Shown piece after piece: positions 37,060 to 49,980 of a stretch of DNA of 64,000 bases. Below the pieces are notes generated by a model, which was given only the letters and a program-made list of their open reading frames with translations, ran no database searches and was not told the DNA's origin. The stretch's first letter is position 1; every line of letters begins with the position of its first letter. The stretch covers positions 55,936,367 to 56,000,366 of the forward strand of contig NC_058135.1 of the NCBI RefSeq assembly GCF_016433145.1. The letters run 5' to 3'. This DNA comes from Gracilinanus agilis. Its lineage: Eukaryota. A program made the translations under genes and the position numbers.

Positions 37060-37370
37060 TATAGAGGAGTAAACTGAGACTGAGAGAAGGAAAATGACTT
37101 GCTCAAGGGGGAAGAGAAAGCAATAATTATTTCCATAGCATTTACTATATGTCAGGCTCTGGGCTAAGTGTTTTTTACAACTGGTCTTCATTAGGTTTTC
37201 ACAACCTGAAGGGTAAGATGCTATTATTATCTGCATTTTACAGTTGAGAAAATTGGGGCAAACAGGGTTAAGTGAATTACCCAGGGTCATTAGTGTCTGA
37301 GGTTGGATTTGAACCCAGATATTCCCAACTCCAGGCCTAAAGCTCTATCTACTGTATCACCTAGCTGTTT
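37060..37370 (-). mobile_element. MIR-type SINE(s)
   Basis: cattttacagttgagaaa..ggttaagtgaattacccagggtca..ggatttgaacccag. Confidence 0.75.
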
Positions 37371-38201
37371 TTATCACTATAACAGTGATAAAGCCAAAGG
37401 AACTGAATTAACCTCACCTATCTCCAAATCCTAATTTGGAAAGCAGATGTCTTCCACTTAAGACACAGCAAACTCAGCTTCCTTTTTTTGCATTTGCAGG
37501 ATCTTAAAATGAACTCAGTTTTTCAGATGATCATTTCTGTTCCCTCTTTGTTCAGAGGCTGACACCTGGAGTATCAGACAGTCTGGGTTGTGTACAAGAA
37601 TGTGATGGACCATGGATTTATTGCTTCTATTTTTTTTTTGCTTCTAGCTGAGTCATATTCACCTGTTCATTATTAAATTCATTTAATTTCCTTTCCATTA
37701 ATCTTTTCTCCAGATCATTGCTTTTTCGTGTTAGTGCATTGCTTCATATTAACTGTGATCTTTGGCTATCCACTGAATGTAACTTCCATCTGCCTTTTGT
37801 AGGGAATTTCTTTTGTTGTCAAGCTCTCACTGAGGATATGAGCCATGCCAATGAGTTCTAAGGAATGGAACAATATGTATTATCTAAATTAATCTGTCTT
37901 AAAGATAGGTGAACCATGTGGGTGAATTTCCTAAGGATAAGCTGCTCTGGTTTCCACTCTTTCCCTCCTCCTTCTCCCCCTTCTACAACTTTAGTCCCCA
38001 TCCTAGGAGGTTCCAAAAGACATCTTTACAAAGAGTTTGATCATGAGACACCAGCCCTTAGGGAAATACAGAATCTAGATACTGAACAGGATCATTTGGC
38101 TTTCTTGCTAATGCTATTTGTTCTCACCTATGCTTTTGGGAATACAATGTAAAAAAAGTTAAAATGGGGGAAGAGGACAAGAAATGGAATATTCTATATT
38201 A

Positions 38202-38350
38202 NNNNNNNNNNNNNNNNNNNNNNNNNNNNNNNNNNNNNNNNNNNNNNNNNNNNNNNNNNNNNNNNNNNNNNNNNNNNNNNNNNNNNNNNNNNNNNNNNNN
38301 NNNNNNNNNNNNNNNNNNNNNNNNNNNNNNNNNNNNNNNNNNNNNNNNNN
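38202..38350. other. N-run flanked by TA-rich sequence
   Basis: N characters. Confidence 0.99.
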
Positions 38351-39120
38351 GTATATATGGGAAGTATATATATACGTTTATATATATATAGGAAGAGCTA
38401 TGTGGATTGGGAAATACACACATATAGAGGAAAACCATATAGGAAATAAAGGAAAAATCTGTCTGCCTTACATACATATTTGCCAATTGCAAATTAGTTT
38501 AAAGTTGCAAATTGGTTTAAATTAATTTGTATTTCTAATATTCACCCTATAAAGTTGGAAGAAAGCTGACGACAATATAATATTTTAAAGTGTGGTAAAT
38601 TTTATGCTGCTACCATCTCATTTTTGTGTATCATATCAATACTGTAAAATAAATACTTTGTGTTATTTTTCCCATTTTGTGTCTGAGAAAACTAAGGCAC
38701 AGAGAGTTTATGTGATTTCCCCATAATCACTCAGCTAGAATAGTGTCAGGGACATACTCTAAACTCAGTTATTCCTAACTTCAAAGCCAGCACTCTATCC
38801 TATGTACCATGATGCCTCTGTTGACTCCACAGCAAAAGATAATGCAAATAGTAGAATCCCATGATCAAGAACCTTTCTTGCTAGTTCAATCAAATCAATA
38901 TCTTCATCTGAACTTCATTTAGTAGTGAGGGATGGAAAATGTCTTTTTATTCCAGTAGAAGAACAATGTTTTGATGCTGATGTAAAAGGGGTTTGAGAAA
39001 TGATTGGCATCTGGGAATTTCTAGTTCAGAGGGATAGGCATTTCCTGAGAGCAATTTAAACCATATCTAGATCTCTGGGTAAGAAGGTGGGTTTGGGTCA
39101 TGCCTGATAGCTTTTAAAAC

Positions 39121-39311
39121 TAGGGCTTAATTTGAAGTCCATGAATTTTAAATTTTTAATATTTTGATAAGCATATTTAATGTAATGAATTTCCATTATA
39201 ATCCTATATATTTGATTTTATGTATGTAAAAAAATTCTCCTGAGAAGGTGTTCATAGACTTCATAAGATTGCCAAAGGGGTCCAAAATACAGAAAAGGTT
39301 AAGAATTTCTG
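39121..39311 (-). mobile_element. hAT-Charlie MITE, short form
   Basis: reverse complement resembles the 33798 element (gattgccaaaggggtcc..aaaaggttaagaatttctg). Confidence 0.75.
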
Positions 39312-39960
39312 CTTTCAAGAGATAAACAGTCTATAAGATGGCAATATGAGAAGGAGCAGAGACTATACAAGCAACATATAACAACAACAGTGGTAGAACC
39401 TGTTTCCTTAACCCTGACTTTTATATAACGAGCTAAGCTGGAAAATATGGATGGTAGAGGAGAGGCAGGCAAAAGGGAAATCAAAAAAAGAGAACTTCAG
39501 AAGAGAAGGAAGAGAGAGGTGGGAGTAAGTGGTACATTGGGCTCATTGGTCATACATCGGAACAGACAACTTAGACTTAAGTGACTGAGGGTATTTATTT
39601 CTTTGAAGACTGAAGGAAAACCTCAAAGGTACATTTCCCCCCTTAATTTTGGTAACATGCCCTGTAATATTCTATGCTTGGTTGTGTTGCCTAAGCAATT
39701 CCTGGATTCTGATTTTGATCTAAGTATATAGAAGACAGAATTCAGTTGGAAATACATTAAATTTGAATTGGGGCGGAGTCAAATCTCTGTCTAAATGTTA
39801 GGGCTTTCCCCCCTCCCAACTGGGGGCTCTGAGCTATAGTGACAGTATTAATAACTTTTTCTCTAATATAAAACCTATAAACAAGAAAGTGATCATGTGG
39901 ACCTGCAGGCAATTATATTGCCCTTAGGTTAAGAAAATATCACATTCTTAATTACACACA
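39312..39960 (-). mobile_element. Possible solo LTR
   Basis: minus strand starts tgtgtaattaagaa and has a GC box, ccaat boxes and ttatataaaag; 3' end unclear. Confidence 0.35.
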
Positions 39961-40085
39961 TCTCCCCCTAAGGAGAAAAGTGGCAAACCTGAAAATAATT
40001 ACTCTGAACCTTTACATAAATGAGAAGGAAGTAGAAAAGGTTTAACTACAAAATGACCAACTCAACCTTCTAAGAACTCATTCAG

Positions 40086-40258
40086 TAGGTCTTGATCAAT
40101 GATGCACGTAAAAGCCAGTTGAATTGTTTGTTGGCTATGGGAGAGGCGACAGGCAAGGAGAGGGGAAGAATATGAATCATGTAACCATGAAAAATATCCT
40201 AGATTAATTAACTAAATTAATAAAACAAAACAAATCAAAACCAAACCAAACAAACAAA
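40086..40258 (+). mobile_element. 5'-truncated L1 with 14-bp target-site duplication
   Basis: aagaactcattcag at 40072-40085 and 40259-40272; L1 3' terminus followed by an A-rich tail. Confidence 0.85.
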
Positions 40259-40385
40259 AAGAACTCATTCAGGTTCAAAGTTATGATCCACAGAGCCTGC
40301 AATAGACCATGAGCTCATTGAAAACAGTTTGCCTTTCTTTGTATCACATAGAAGGTGCTTAATCAATGCTTCTTACTTGTCACTT

Positions 40386-40580
40386 TTTTTTAGCCCTTAC
40401 CTTCCATCTTAGAATCAATACTCTGTATTGGTTCCAAAGCAGAAGAATAGTAAGTACTAGGGAATTAGGGTTAAGTGATTTGCCCAGGATCACAAAGGAA
40501 GTGTTTGGGGCCAGAGATGAACCCAGGACCTTCTGTCTCTAGGCTTGGCTCTCAGTCCACAGAGTCATCTAGCTGCCCCA
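40386..40580 (-). mobile_element. SINE1_Mdo-type SINE
   Basis: ttttagcccttaccttccatcttagaatcaata..catctagctgcccc. Confidence 0.85.
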
Positions 40581-41711
40581 ATTCTAACTTCTTAATGTCC
40601 CCCCTTTCTGTATTGGATATTCATCCCAAAGATTCTAAGAGCTCCATCGAATTATTTTCATGAATCAATGGCATAAAACTTTATTACAATGAAGACTTAT
40701 AAGAAACAAGTAATTTACTTATAACTTCTTCTGATCACTATCTTATTTTACCTTAAACTCTTAATAGACCTTGCATAACCCACAAAAATAAAGGTTCAGC
40801 AGTGATAGTTTCACTTGTGCCCATTGTAGAGCAGTATATTTCTGAATTCTTTGGATATTTTGGAACTGTCCTACTTCAGACCAGAGTTGTAAAGCAAATA
40901 AAGGAAAGTTACCATCCTTCCAGCCTATCTAGCTCATTCCCTTGAGTGGACAAGCTTTAGAATTCCACTCATTCAAGTGTCAAGCCTCTGAGAAGCAGCC
41001 TTTTGTGCTGAAAAGTTGGGTTTCCTAACAAGAAAACGAACGCCACACACTCCACTCAAATTTGTCATAAATCACTGAGACTGCTGTAGTGCAAATCCTC
41101 AGTGTGGGTCACTAACACTTTTAACCATGAGAATCAACAGAGACTAAAGTTCATTTGCCATGTGTTGCAGCTGCTCTAGCAAGGACCCCTGCTCCCTGGA
41201 AATGCAATTTCAAGAGGAGTCTTCTCATTAAAAAACTATTTCCTTCTACAGGGTTTCTGGTAGATAGCAATAGGGGGAAAAAGGCAAATGAGGAAATTTA
41301 TAAGTGTTCCCAAGGAATATTTTAGAAGCATTGTATTCATTTTAACAATAGCAAAAAGGTTTGTTTTGTTTTAACTTAGTTAGGCAGCTGAATCATTCTT
41401 CTGAAGTTTTTCATTTATAAATTCCTGCCCTTTTATTTAAAAAATCCCAACTTTTGACAAATATGTTTTTGTCTTAGTGACTATATCATATTTTGCAAGG
41501 TGCACATAAAGAGATATATGCTGCTTAACCTTACTCTAAGGGTCACTTAGGATTTGTCTTGCTCCTTCTTTCCCCTAGACTGAAAAAAATAGGATGCAGA
41601 ATACGCGACCAACTTATAACTTATATTAAAGACACTCTCTGCCCACCATTTCCTATGTACATTCCCACAACTTGAGCCACATCCCCGGCTTTTATACAAT
41701 AAGAGATTTGG

Positions 41712-41905
41712 CTACAACGTCATGGCACTGCTTCTGATATAGTTATTTCATTAACAATGCCAGGACTCGAGACGTTTTTTGGAAACTCCTCTTTTAGAAC
41801 TGTCTTCAGAGCCTCAATTTATGATTTTGAATATTTCCAACTGTGTCTAATCTTCATCTTTTAAGGAGAGGTTTTTTGGGGGGAAACTGGAAAAGGGAAT
41901 AGTCC
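41712..41905 (-). mobile_element. Mariner transposase fossil (MARNA-like)
   Basis: minus strand reads ALKTVLKEEF, a frameshift, then KRLESWHC**NNYI, aligning by eye to the mariner C-terminus ALKAIPKEEFQKCFEQWQHRWNKCI. Confidence 0.7.
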
Positions 41906-41914
41906 AATATCAAC

Positions 41915-42200
41915 CAATCCATTAATCTGTCAACAAGCATGTGTTAAACAATTAGTCCATGCCAGGCACTGTGGTAAGCACGAGGATACAAAGAAAAAGG
42001 CAAAACTATTCTGAGTTCTCGGGGAGCTTACATTGTAAAAGGAGAACTCACAAACACATAAGTTAGTCCTTCTTCCATCAGACACATAAAGGTGATACCA
42101 GAGAGGAAGGCATTAGGAGCTGAGAGGTATCATCCAGAACCTTGTCTAACAAAGAAAGAAAGTGTGAGGTGCAGCTAGATGATCAAATTGTGGGTCCAAA
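41915..42200 (-). mobile_element. L2 LINE 3' fragment
   Basis: caacaagcatgtgttaa..atgccaggcactgtggtaagcacgaggatacaaag..ggagcttacatt. Confidence 0.8.
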
Positions 42201-42519
42201 TCAGTTAGAGAATAGTGAGCCTGATCTTTTCATATCTCAAAAACTGTTTTAAAAATCAAAATAGTCATTTTCCAAGACATTTTGAATAATGGCAGCATCA
42301 TTGTGGATGTATTTCAGGATAACTACTAAAAGGGAAGAGCACTTATATGCAGAAGTGGATATTAGTATATTTATTTTTAATGACTATATTTTTACTCTGT
42401 TCTTTAACTATGCCCACAATTTATTGTTTAAGGTTAAGTCTATTGAATATAAACTCTAACAATACTACTGTAAGGCTTCCAAAAATATGAAAAGACTTAA
42501 AACAATCTATAACACATAG

Positions 42520-42745
42520 CACTTTAATTTTTGTGAAGCACTTTACACATATCCTTCATTTAATACTCACGATAACCCTGTGTAGTTGGTACTATTATTG
42601 CCCTCATTTTACAAATGAGGAAACCAAAATTAAGGTTAAGTGACTTGCCCAGAGTCATACATCTAGCAAGTGTCTGAGGCAAGATTTGACCTCAGACTTT
42701 CCTAACATCAAGCCTGGCATTCTAGCCATCATACCAGACTACCTC
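42520..42745 (-). mobile_element. MIR-type SINE
   Basis: ccctcattttacaaatgaggaaacc..ggttaagtgacttgcccagagtc. Confidence 0.8.
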
Positions 42746-43451
42746 TCATATACCGAGCAGTTTGCTACAGAATATGTATGGAAGGGCCAATTCCCAGCAG
42801 AGTTCAAGAGAAGGCTAGGCTGGCCATAGATTGATGAATTGTGCAGCCAAGAAAGCTCTAAATCATTGTCTCTCAAAGCACAGAAACCATCATCTATTTT
42901 CATGAAGAGAAGTCACCATGACAGAAACCATGGATTCTTAAAGTTATTGAATGCTTATTGAACTATTACTTATCGAATGCTTACTTAGAGCAGTCTTGAT
43001 ATCTATCCAATATCACAGACTCTATGCACTAGCATGTGCCCTCTGAATAGATGCCCTTCCTTTTATCCCTTCCCTGAGTCCTCCTCTTTTTATATGAAGA
43101 ACTAGTTTATACTTTTGGCCTCTTCTCTACTGCAGTGCTACTGAAATCTGATCACTTTGATGCTCTTTTTCTCCTTCTTCATTCCCTCTGAGTCTCTCTC
43201 CATTCCCTTCCATTTTTGGAGGCATGGAATCAGAATCAGTCCTCCCAAGAGACCCGCCAGGCATGTGTCCAGTGATAGAGGAGTTAGCTTTATTTATTTT
43301 TTCACTTATCTAGGGTGGGAAAGGGAGGAAAACTCTCTACCTCTGGACAATCTGCTTAATGGTCAGACCTGCGTTAGGGAAATACTTTGACCATGTATGG
43401 ATTGGTATGAGAGGGAGCCAGACTGGGTTTAAATTACTCACTGCAAGGGCA

Positions 43452-43499
43452 CACATGCACACGTGCACACACACACACATACACACACATACACACACA
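43452..43499. repeat. (CA)n imperfect microsatellite
   Basis: directly visible. Confidence 0.9.
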
Positions 43500-44182
43500 A
43501 CATTCATGTGATCTTTTGTTCAACATCTTTCTCGCTAGGTCCATTAATGAAGAGACTCTTTTAAGACAAGCACAGAAGGAGCTACTAAAGCAAAAAGTTG
43601 ACCATACCCAACAAAACTTCCCCTTTTTAACCTCCAATCATTCAAATGAGGTTAAGGAGGGGGGAAGAAACAGACAGAGACAGAGAGACACAGAGAGTGA
43701 GTATGTCTTTTTTGGGTACAGAAGAATCTATATACGAAAAGGGAAAATAAAGGGAATCTTACTTCACCAAGATTTGATCACAGTAATCATTCTTCATCTA
43801 TTTTGCCCTAAGTATTCATGAATCGGGCTCTGGTGGCTATTGGCTAGGAATGTGTTATGGCTGACCCTGCTCAAACTACCCCCATTACAATACAGATTGA
43901 AGACTTAAAATATAATATAGAGGTTAGGAAACTGAAGGGAAATCTAGAGTAAGAAAAGAAAAGCATTTTTCATGTCAAATAAATGGCCCAAATGTAGGGA
44001 AGCTAGAGAGCTGTCCAAGTAAATGTGACTTGGAAGATAAAATCATTAAGGAATGGTGAATAAAACTTTGATGACTTGCTTTGTCATTGAAAATAGCCCA
44101 CTGGAAGGATAGGTTAATTATAGGGAGGGTTACTCTGCCTTGCAATCTGCTCTTGGAACAACAACAATAACACTGTTATTAC

Positions 44183-44224
44183 TGTTGCTGCTGCTGCTGC
44201 TACTGCTACTGCTACTGCTACTAC
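44183..44224. repeat. (CTG)n/(CTA) trinucleotide repeat
   Basis: directly visible. Confidence 0.9.
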
Positions 44225-45073
44225 ACTCTTGTGCTTATTTGGTAAGAGAAGCAATATGGCATAATAGATGGAAAGAACAGTCTTAGAGCCAGGGGTCTCA
44301 AGTACTGCCTCTAATATATTCCCATAGTGTTATCATTTATGCTACAAGTCACTTATCTTCTCTGTACTTTAGGCAACTGTTGAATACTAAATTAGGTCCC
44401 AGTGAGAGCAAATAATGACTCCTGTGAAGTAGTTATATATTATTTGACTTCTCACTGCCTATTCCCATTCCTCTACCCATTGATCTGCACAAGTAGAGGA
44501 AAATCTTTACCAGGATTCTTATGCTGCTGACCTCACAAGTCCCTACTCATTTTGCATGAACTGATTTATTTAACTGTTGTCTTCAACATAGAGCATAAGC
44601 TCCTTGAAGGGAAGGACTATTCTATCTTTGTCTTCATATCTCCAGCACCAAGTACAGTGCCAGGTATATAACAAAAGCTTAATAAATATTTGCTGAATGA
44701 TTGGTTGATTAGATAAAAATTGTGGCCACCTGTATTCCATTCCTGCAGCAGGTAAAGCAAGAAAACAACTTAGAAAGACACTCTATACACTTAAAAATGC
44801 ATGTACAGACATGGAAAGTCTGTGGTACTCAACACAAGAAGTTTGGGGACTAGCTCTGACAGTAACTAGCTTTGTGACTGTGGGAAAACCCTTTTATTCT
44901 TTGAGATTAAATGTTCTCATCTGTAAAATGGGTATCTGAATACTTACCTATCTAATCCTATCTTCACAGGTATAATACTTAGCAAACTGGAAAACACTAC
45001 ATAAATGTGAGCTGTTATAGTAAATAGTGCACAAATCTTATTTGTGAGTCAACATTTAAAAAGTGGGGAATAT

Positions 45074-45275
45074 GGGGGCAGCTGGGTAGCTCAGTGGATT
45101 GAGAGCCAGACCTAGAGATGGGAGGTCCTAGGTTCAAATCTGGCCTCAGACACTTCCCAGCTGTTTGACCCTGGGCAAGTCACTTGACCCCCATTGCCTA
45201 GCTCTTACCACTCTTCTGCCTTGGAGCCAATACACAGTATTGGCTCCAAGACAGAAGGTAAGGGTTTAAAAAAAA
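45074..45275 (+). mobile_element. Young SINE1_Mdo-type SINE with target-site duplication, inserted next to MIRs
   Basis: near-consensus copy flanked by aaaaagtggggaa on both sides. Confidence 0.95.
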
Positions 45276-46189
45276 GTGGGGAAGGGAAAGACATCTCCAT
45301 AACCCATGATGTCTTAGAAGTAGGCCAAGGAATATATTAAGTATTTATACAGTACCTACTATATACTGGGTATTATCTTAAGCACTTTAAAAAAAATAAA
45401 TATCTCATTTAACCCTCATGACAATCTAGGAGGTAGATGTTGTTATTATCTCTATTTTATAGTTAAGGAAACTGAGGCAATGAGAGGTTAAATAACTTTT
45501 CCAGGGTTACAAAGCTAGTAAGTTTGAATTCAGATTTTCCTAACTCGAGGCCCAGCAGTCTATCCACTGCACCACAAGCTGCTTGTAAGGAATTAAATTA
45601 GCTTTTGTTATTCTTTCCAAAATTTTAACTGATTTTTTGAGAGGATCAACTTAAAAAACTCAAGACAAGATCAACAGATCAAATACTAGTATCATTCACT
45701 GGGCACAGCGTGGGGAAAAATATCCCTGAATGCAGCAGATAGATGGTACAAGAGATGGGGTGCCTCACCTGGACTCAAGAAAACCTTACTTAGAATGTTG
45801 CTGAAGACACACATAGGTGTGCATGGCTAGTTGTGGGGAAAACATTTTATTTCTATTTTGCCTCAGTGCAAAATGGCATTCCCCAGAATTATTGTTCAGC
45901 AAGAAAAAACTATCCACGAAATGCTTTGCAAGTCTTAAAATGCCATGTGATTTTTAGCTATTATTATGACTACATTTGTGTAATGAGAGTGTTTCTCTAC
46001 ATGCACTTTTTTCAGCTATAAAAAGGGAAGTGTTAAGATTCATTTTAGAAGGAAGGCCTATTTCAGTTTAATTTAGTTTAAATCAACACAAACTACCTTC
46101 CTCAAACCATCTGCTTAAAATAAACCTTAAATAACCTACCTCATAGGGTTTGCAGACCTTAAAGGACTCTATACAATATGAGTTATCTT

Positions 46190-47010
46190 CAAGACAATGA
46201 TGATTTGGAGATGGAGAGATGAAATAAGACACAATCCCTGTTCTCCCATATCTTACAAATTAGTGGGAGAGACAAGATACACTCTCAATTAATTACAAAA
46301 CTAGTTAAAGTATAAATGTAAAGGAGAGATTCTAGCAAATAAAGTGTTATAAACCATCAAAGGAGACATGTGGTCTTCAGCTAAAGGCATCTGGAAAGGT
46401 TTTCTGGAGGATGGGTCACCTGAATTGGATATTGAAAGAAGGAAAGCATTTGGACAGTTAGCAACAAGAGAAGAGTTCCTCTGGGAGATGGGGAACCAGA
46501 AGAATAAAGATGCTCATAGAAGAGGGCAGGCAGATGGTGCTCACCCCATTTAGACAAGGATAGATCATGTAAAGCTAGTAGTGTCACAAAGGGTTTAAAG
46601 AATTGAGTTGTTGCAAGCTTTGAATAAGTGAACATATATAATTTATTCAGTAGGTCGTATGGATCATTGAAGTTGTTTGAGCAAGAGAGTGCAATGATCA
46701 GGGCAGTGATGCAATGAAATATCATGTGAAGAGTGGATTGGACAAAGTAGACTGAAATCAGGAAACCCACTTAGGATAATAGCAGCTGTTACAATAGTCC
46801 AGGAAAAAAGTGATGAGAACTTTCACTAGAGTGGTTGATCATGAGTGTGAAAAGGAGAGGAGACATGAAATACAGGTTGGAGAGGCAGAATCCATAAAAC
46901 TTGGCAGCTGATCGGATGTGGGGGAAGAGAGATTGAAGAGTTGACAATGATTTTTAGGCTTTGAGTCTGGGAAGGCTGGGAAGAGGAAAGCATTATCTAC
47001 AGAAATGAAG
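46190..47010 (-). mobile_element. L2 LINE fragment
   Basis: aagacacaatccctgttctc..ggaaaggtttctggagga..gttgtttgagcaagagagtg..ctgttacaatagtccagg antisense L2 motifs. Confidence 0.8.
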
Positions 47011-47329
47011 AAATCAGAAGGCAGGGGACTTCCAAGTTTAGTGTGAGACGTGTTTCAGTTTGAGACGAAGTAGCACACCCTTTTATAAATGATGTATCAA
47101 CAAAGACAGCCCTTTATTTACCTGGAAATCATGAGTCATATCTTTGACCTGCTACAAAACCAAAATGGGCAACATAAACCATTATGCTCCTGAAATCTTT
47201 GACATTATTAATAAAAATTAAGTGTGAAATTACTGAAGCTTTTCTTCTCCTTTTAAAATAAACTTTCTAATTTTACTTTCCAGAGTTCCTATTTATAAAA
47301 TGAAAAAACATAAGTAGTGATTATAAGAA

Positions 47330-48200
47330 TGCTAGGGATCTCTGGGACACAGTGGATAGGGCAATGGACTTTGAGACAGGAAAATGAGTTTGAATTCTGC
47401 CTCAGAAATTTCTATCTCCACTTTATATTTTCAATGAGTTTTTTTCTTGTGTAAGCAATACATGTCTTCTTTTACTTATTTTTGAATATTTAAATTTTTT
47501 TATTTGTTATATTAAAATCCCCAGGTAACTCTCTCCTTCCCTCCCTCCCCTCTCTCCATGAAGGCATCATCTGACAAAATGACATATGTCATTATTAAAT
47601 GATATTTCTGTTGCTATGTGTAATATTCTTCTTTTACAACATAACAAATGTGAAAATATATTTGCATAATAGCATATATAGAAGCTGTATCATATTCCTG
47701 CCATCTTGGGGGGGAGGGGAGAAAAGGAGTGAAAGAACATGGACCAAAAAATGCCAGAAATGATTATTAAAAATTGTATCAGCCTATAATCTTGAAGGAA
47801 GAAAAAGAAACTCATTAGCTGTATGATTCAGGACAAGACACTTAACTTCTCTGTGTCCAAGTTTTCTCATCTGTAAAATCGGGATGGGGCAGCTAGATTG
47901 CACAGAGGATAGAGCACTGGACATGGGATCAGGAAGATTTCATCTTTATGAGTTCAAATCTGACCTCTTAACACTTACTAGCTGTGTGACCCTGGGCAAA
48001 TCGTTTAACTGCTTGCCTCAGTTTCTTCATCTGTAAAATGAAGAAGGAAATGGCAAACCACTCCAGTATCTTTGTTAAGAAGACCCCAAAACGAGGTCAC
48101 AAAGAGTCAGTCACAATTGAAATGACTCGACAATGACAAAATGGTGATTAAAATAGCACCTGCTTCCCAGGGTTGTTAAAGCACTATATAAATGATAGCT
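47330..48200. mobile_element. MIR host carrying two L1 3' ends (47410-47590 minus, 47600-47810 plus) and a Mar1 (47886-48135 plus)
   Basis: the MIR head, core and tail are separated by the inserted elements. Confidence 0.7.
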
Positions 48201-49689
48201 ATAGTTGTAATTGTATTAGCTATGCATTGTCGTAATAATTAAATATTATTACTTTTATTTCCATTGAAACATTAATTTCCTTTTTAAAAATCATCTACTT
48301 TCCACTTTCCATCTGCAGCTCTATTTGGTTTGAACTCCAAGAGACATGGTCCTCCAGGCCCAAGTACCCTCTGTAACCTGACCCCTCCCTGCTCCTTTCC
48401 AGCTTCTTTTTGTGTGCTCTTCCTCCAGTAGATTGTAAGCTCCTTGAGGGAAAATAACTGTCTTTCTTTTTCTTATTGTATCACATTTAGCACAGTGCTT
48501 GGCACCCAGAATATGATTAATGTGTGTATATATATACATATATATGTATGTATATATTCACTGAATTGAACTCTATCTTCATTCATTCAAAACTTCAATA
48601 TCTATCATTATGCCAATAAATGATGCCAGTGTTGCCAGCATCCCCTTTATTTCATGTCATTTCAGTTCAAATGACTTGTCTTGTACATTTTTGTACCTCA
48701 AAGAAAGCAGAGGTCAGAAAAGGAGGTTCAGACGCAGCAAAATTAGAACTATTTACTTCAACAATGGAAATTAATGTAATTTGAAGAAAATATCATAATA
48801 GTTGCTTTGAATACATTTTTTGCTCCAGTGGCCTCCTGTATCCATTTTCCCAATACACCATCTCTGAGATTCCCAAGCATGAATAATTAGAGTTATTATG
48901 TTGCTTCTTGGGAAATGTCTACTTAGCAATACAAGAATGTAATTTCAACAGCTGTGCAAAACACCCCCACTCTTGTTTGAAGCAGTTTTGACAACATTTA
49001 TTTTCACTGTGTCAGTCCATGTGGCTTCACACTCATACAAGTTGACTTTGTTATTGGATGTTTTCAGAATTTTATCCATTATGAACCCTGTGGCCTTCTA
49101 ACAGTTCAAAGCATGATCTTCCAACCCACTATTACTGTCTGGAAAGTTCTGTGGCTTCCATGGGAAGCTGTTTCTTCACTATCTCTCATCTCCATCATTT
49201 CTCTCCAGATGTGATTTAAAAGATATAAATAGTATACATTCCAGACACAACAGACAGAAAACAAAATATCCACTGGCCTCTATGGGCTGCCATAGTATTT
49301 TTGTCTGTCAATCTTTTAATAGACAAACTAAAGAAAATATATGGCAATGTTACTAAAAAGAATGAAATGATCACTTCAAGCAAAATTTATTAAAGTAAAC
49401 TTTTCTTTCTTTTTTCCTAACTCTATAATTATTTTGGTCCTATAATACTGGTTCATGAAAATTGGCGATACAATATTGGCATTCACAAATTCCACATTTA
49501 TGAATATCTACAAAATTTCAGTTCTGAGTGGATTATCTCATTCCTAAGCAAATAATATTCACATTGCTAGATGTTCGAATGGGTCCAGTGTGAAAAAGTT
49601 AAATATGATGGTTCTGAATTTATCTTTTCAGTTAATTATACACACAGTCAGTATTTAGCTTATTATCATGATTTATCCATTATACCACA

Positions 49690-49980
49690 ATGGCCTTCAG
49701 TTCAGTTGTTAGTCATGACCAACTCTTCCTGTCCCTATTCAGAGTTGGTTTTTTTTGGCAGATACTGGAGTGGTCTGCCATTTCCTTCTCTAGCTCATTT
49801 TACAGATTAGGAAACTGAGGCAAACAGAGGGAAGTAACTTGTACATATTATATAGCTAGTGTCTGAGGTGGGATTTGAACTCAGGAATATCTGTATCGAA
49901 AAGAAATAATGAGTCAGGGAGACATCTTCCTGAGTTCAAATCCCACCTCAGACACTAGCTATATAATGTGTGCAAGTTAC
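49690..49980 (-). mobile_element. Mar1 SINE with a fold-back inverted duplication of its core
   Basis: Mar1 tail and core 49690-49887; 54-bp inverted copy at 49927-49980. Confidence 0.9.

Noticed and set aside
48830-49230. Possible decayed CR1/L3 fragment
   Set aside because: Similarity too weak to call by eye.
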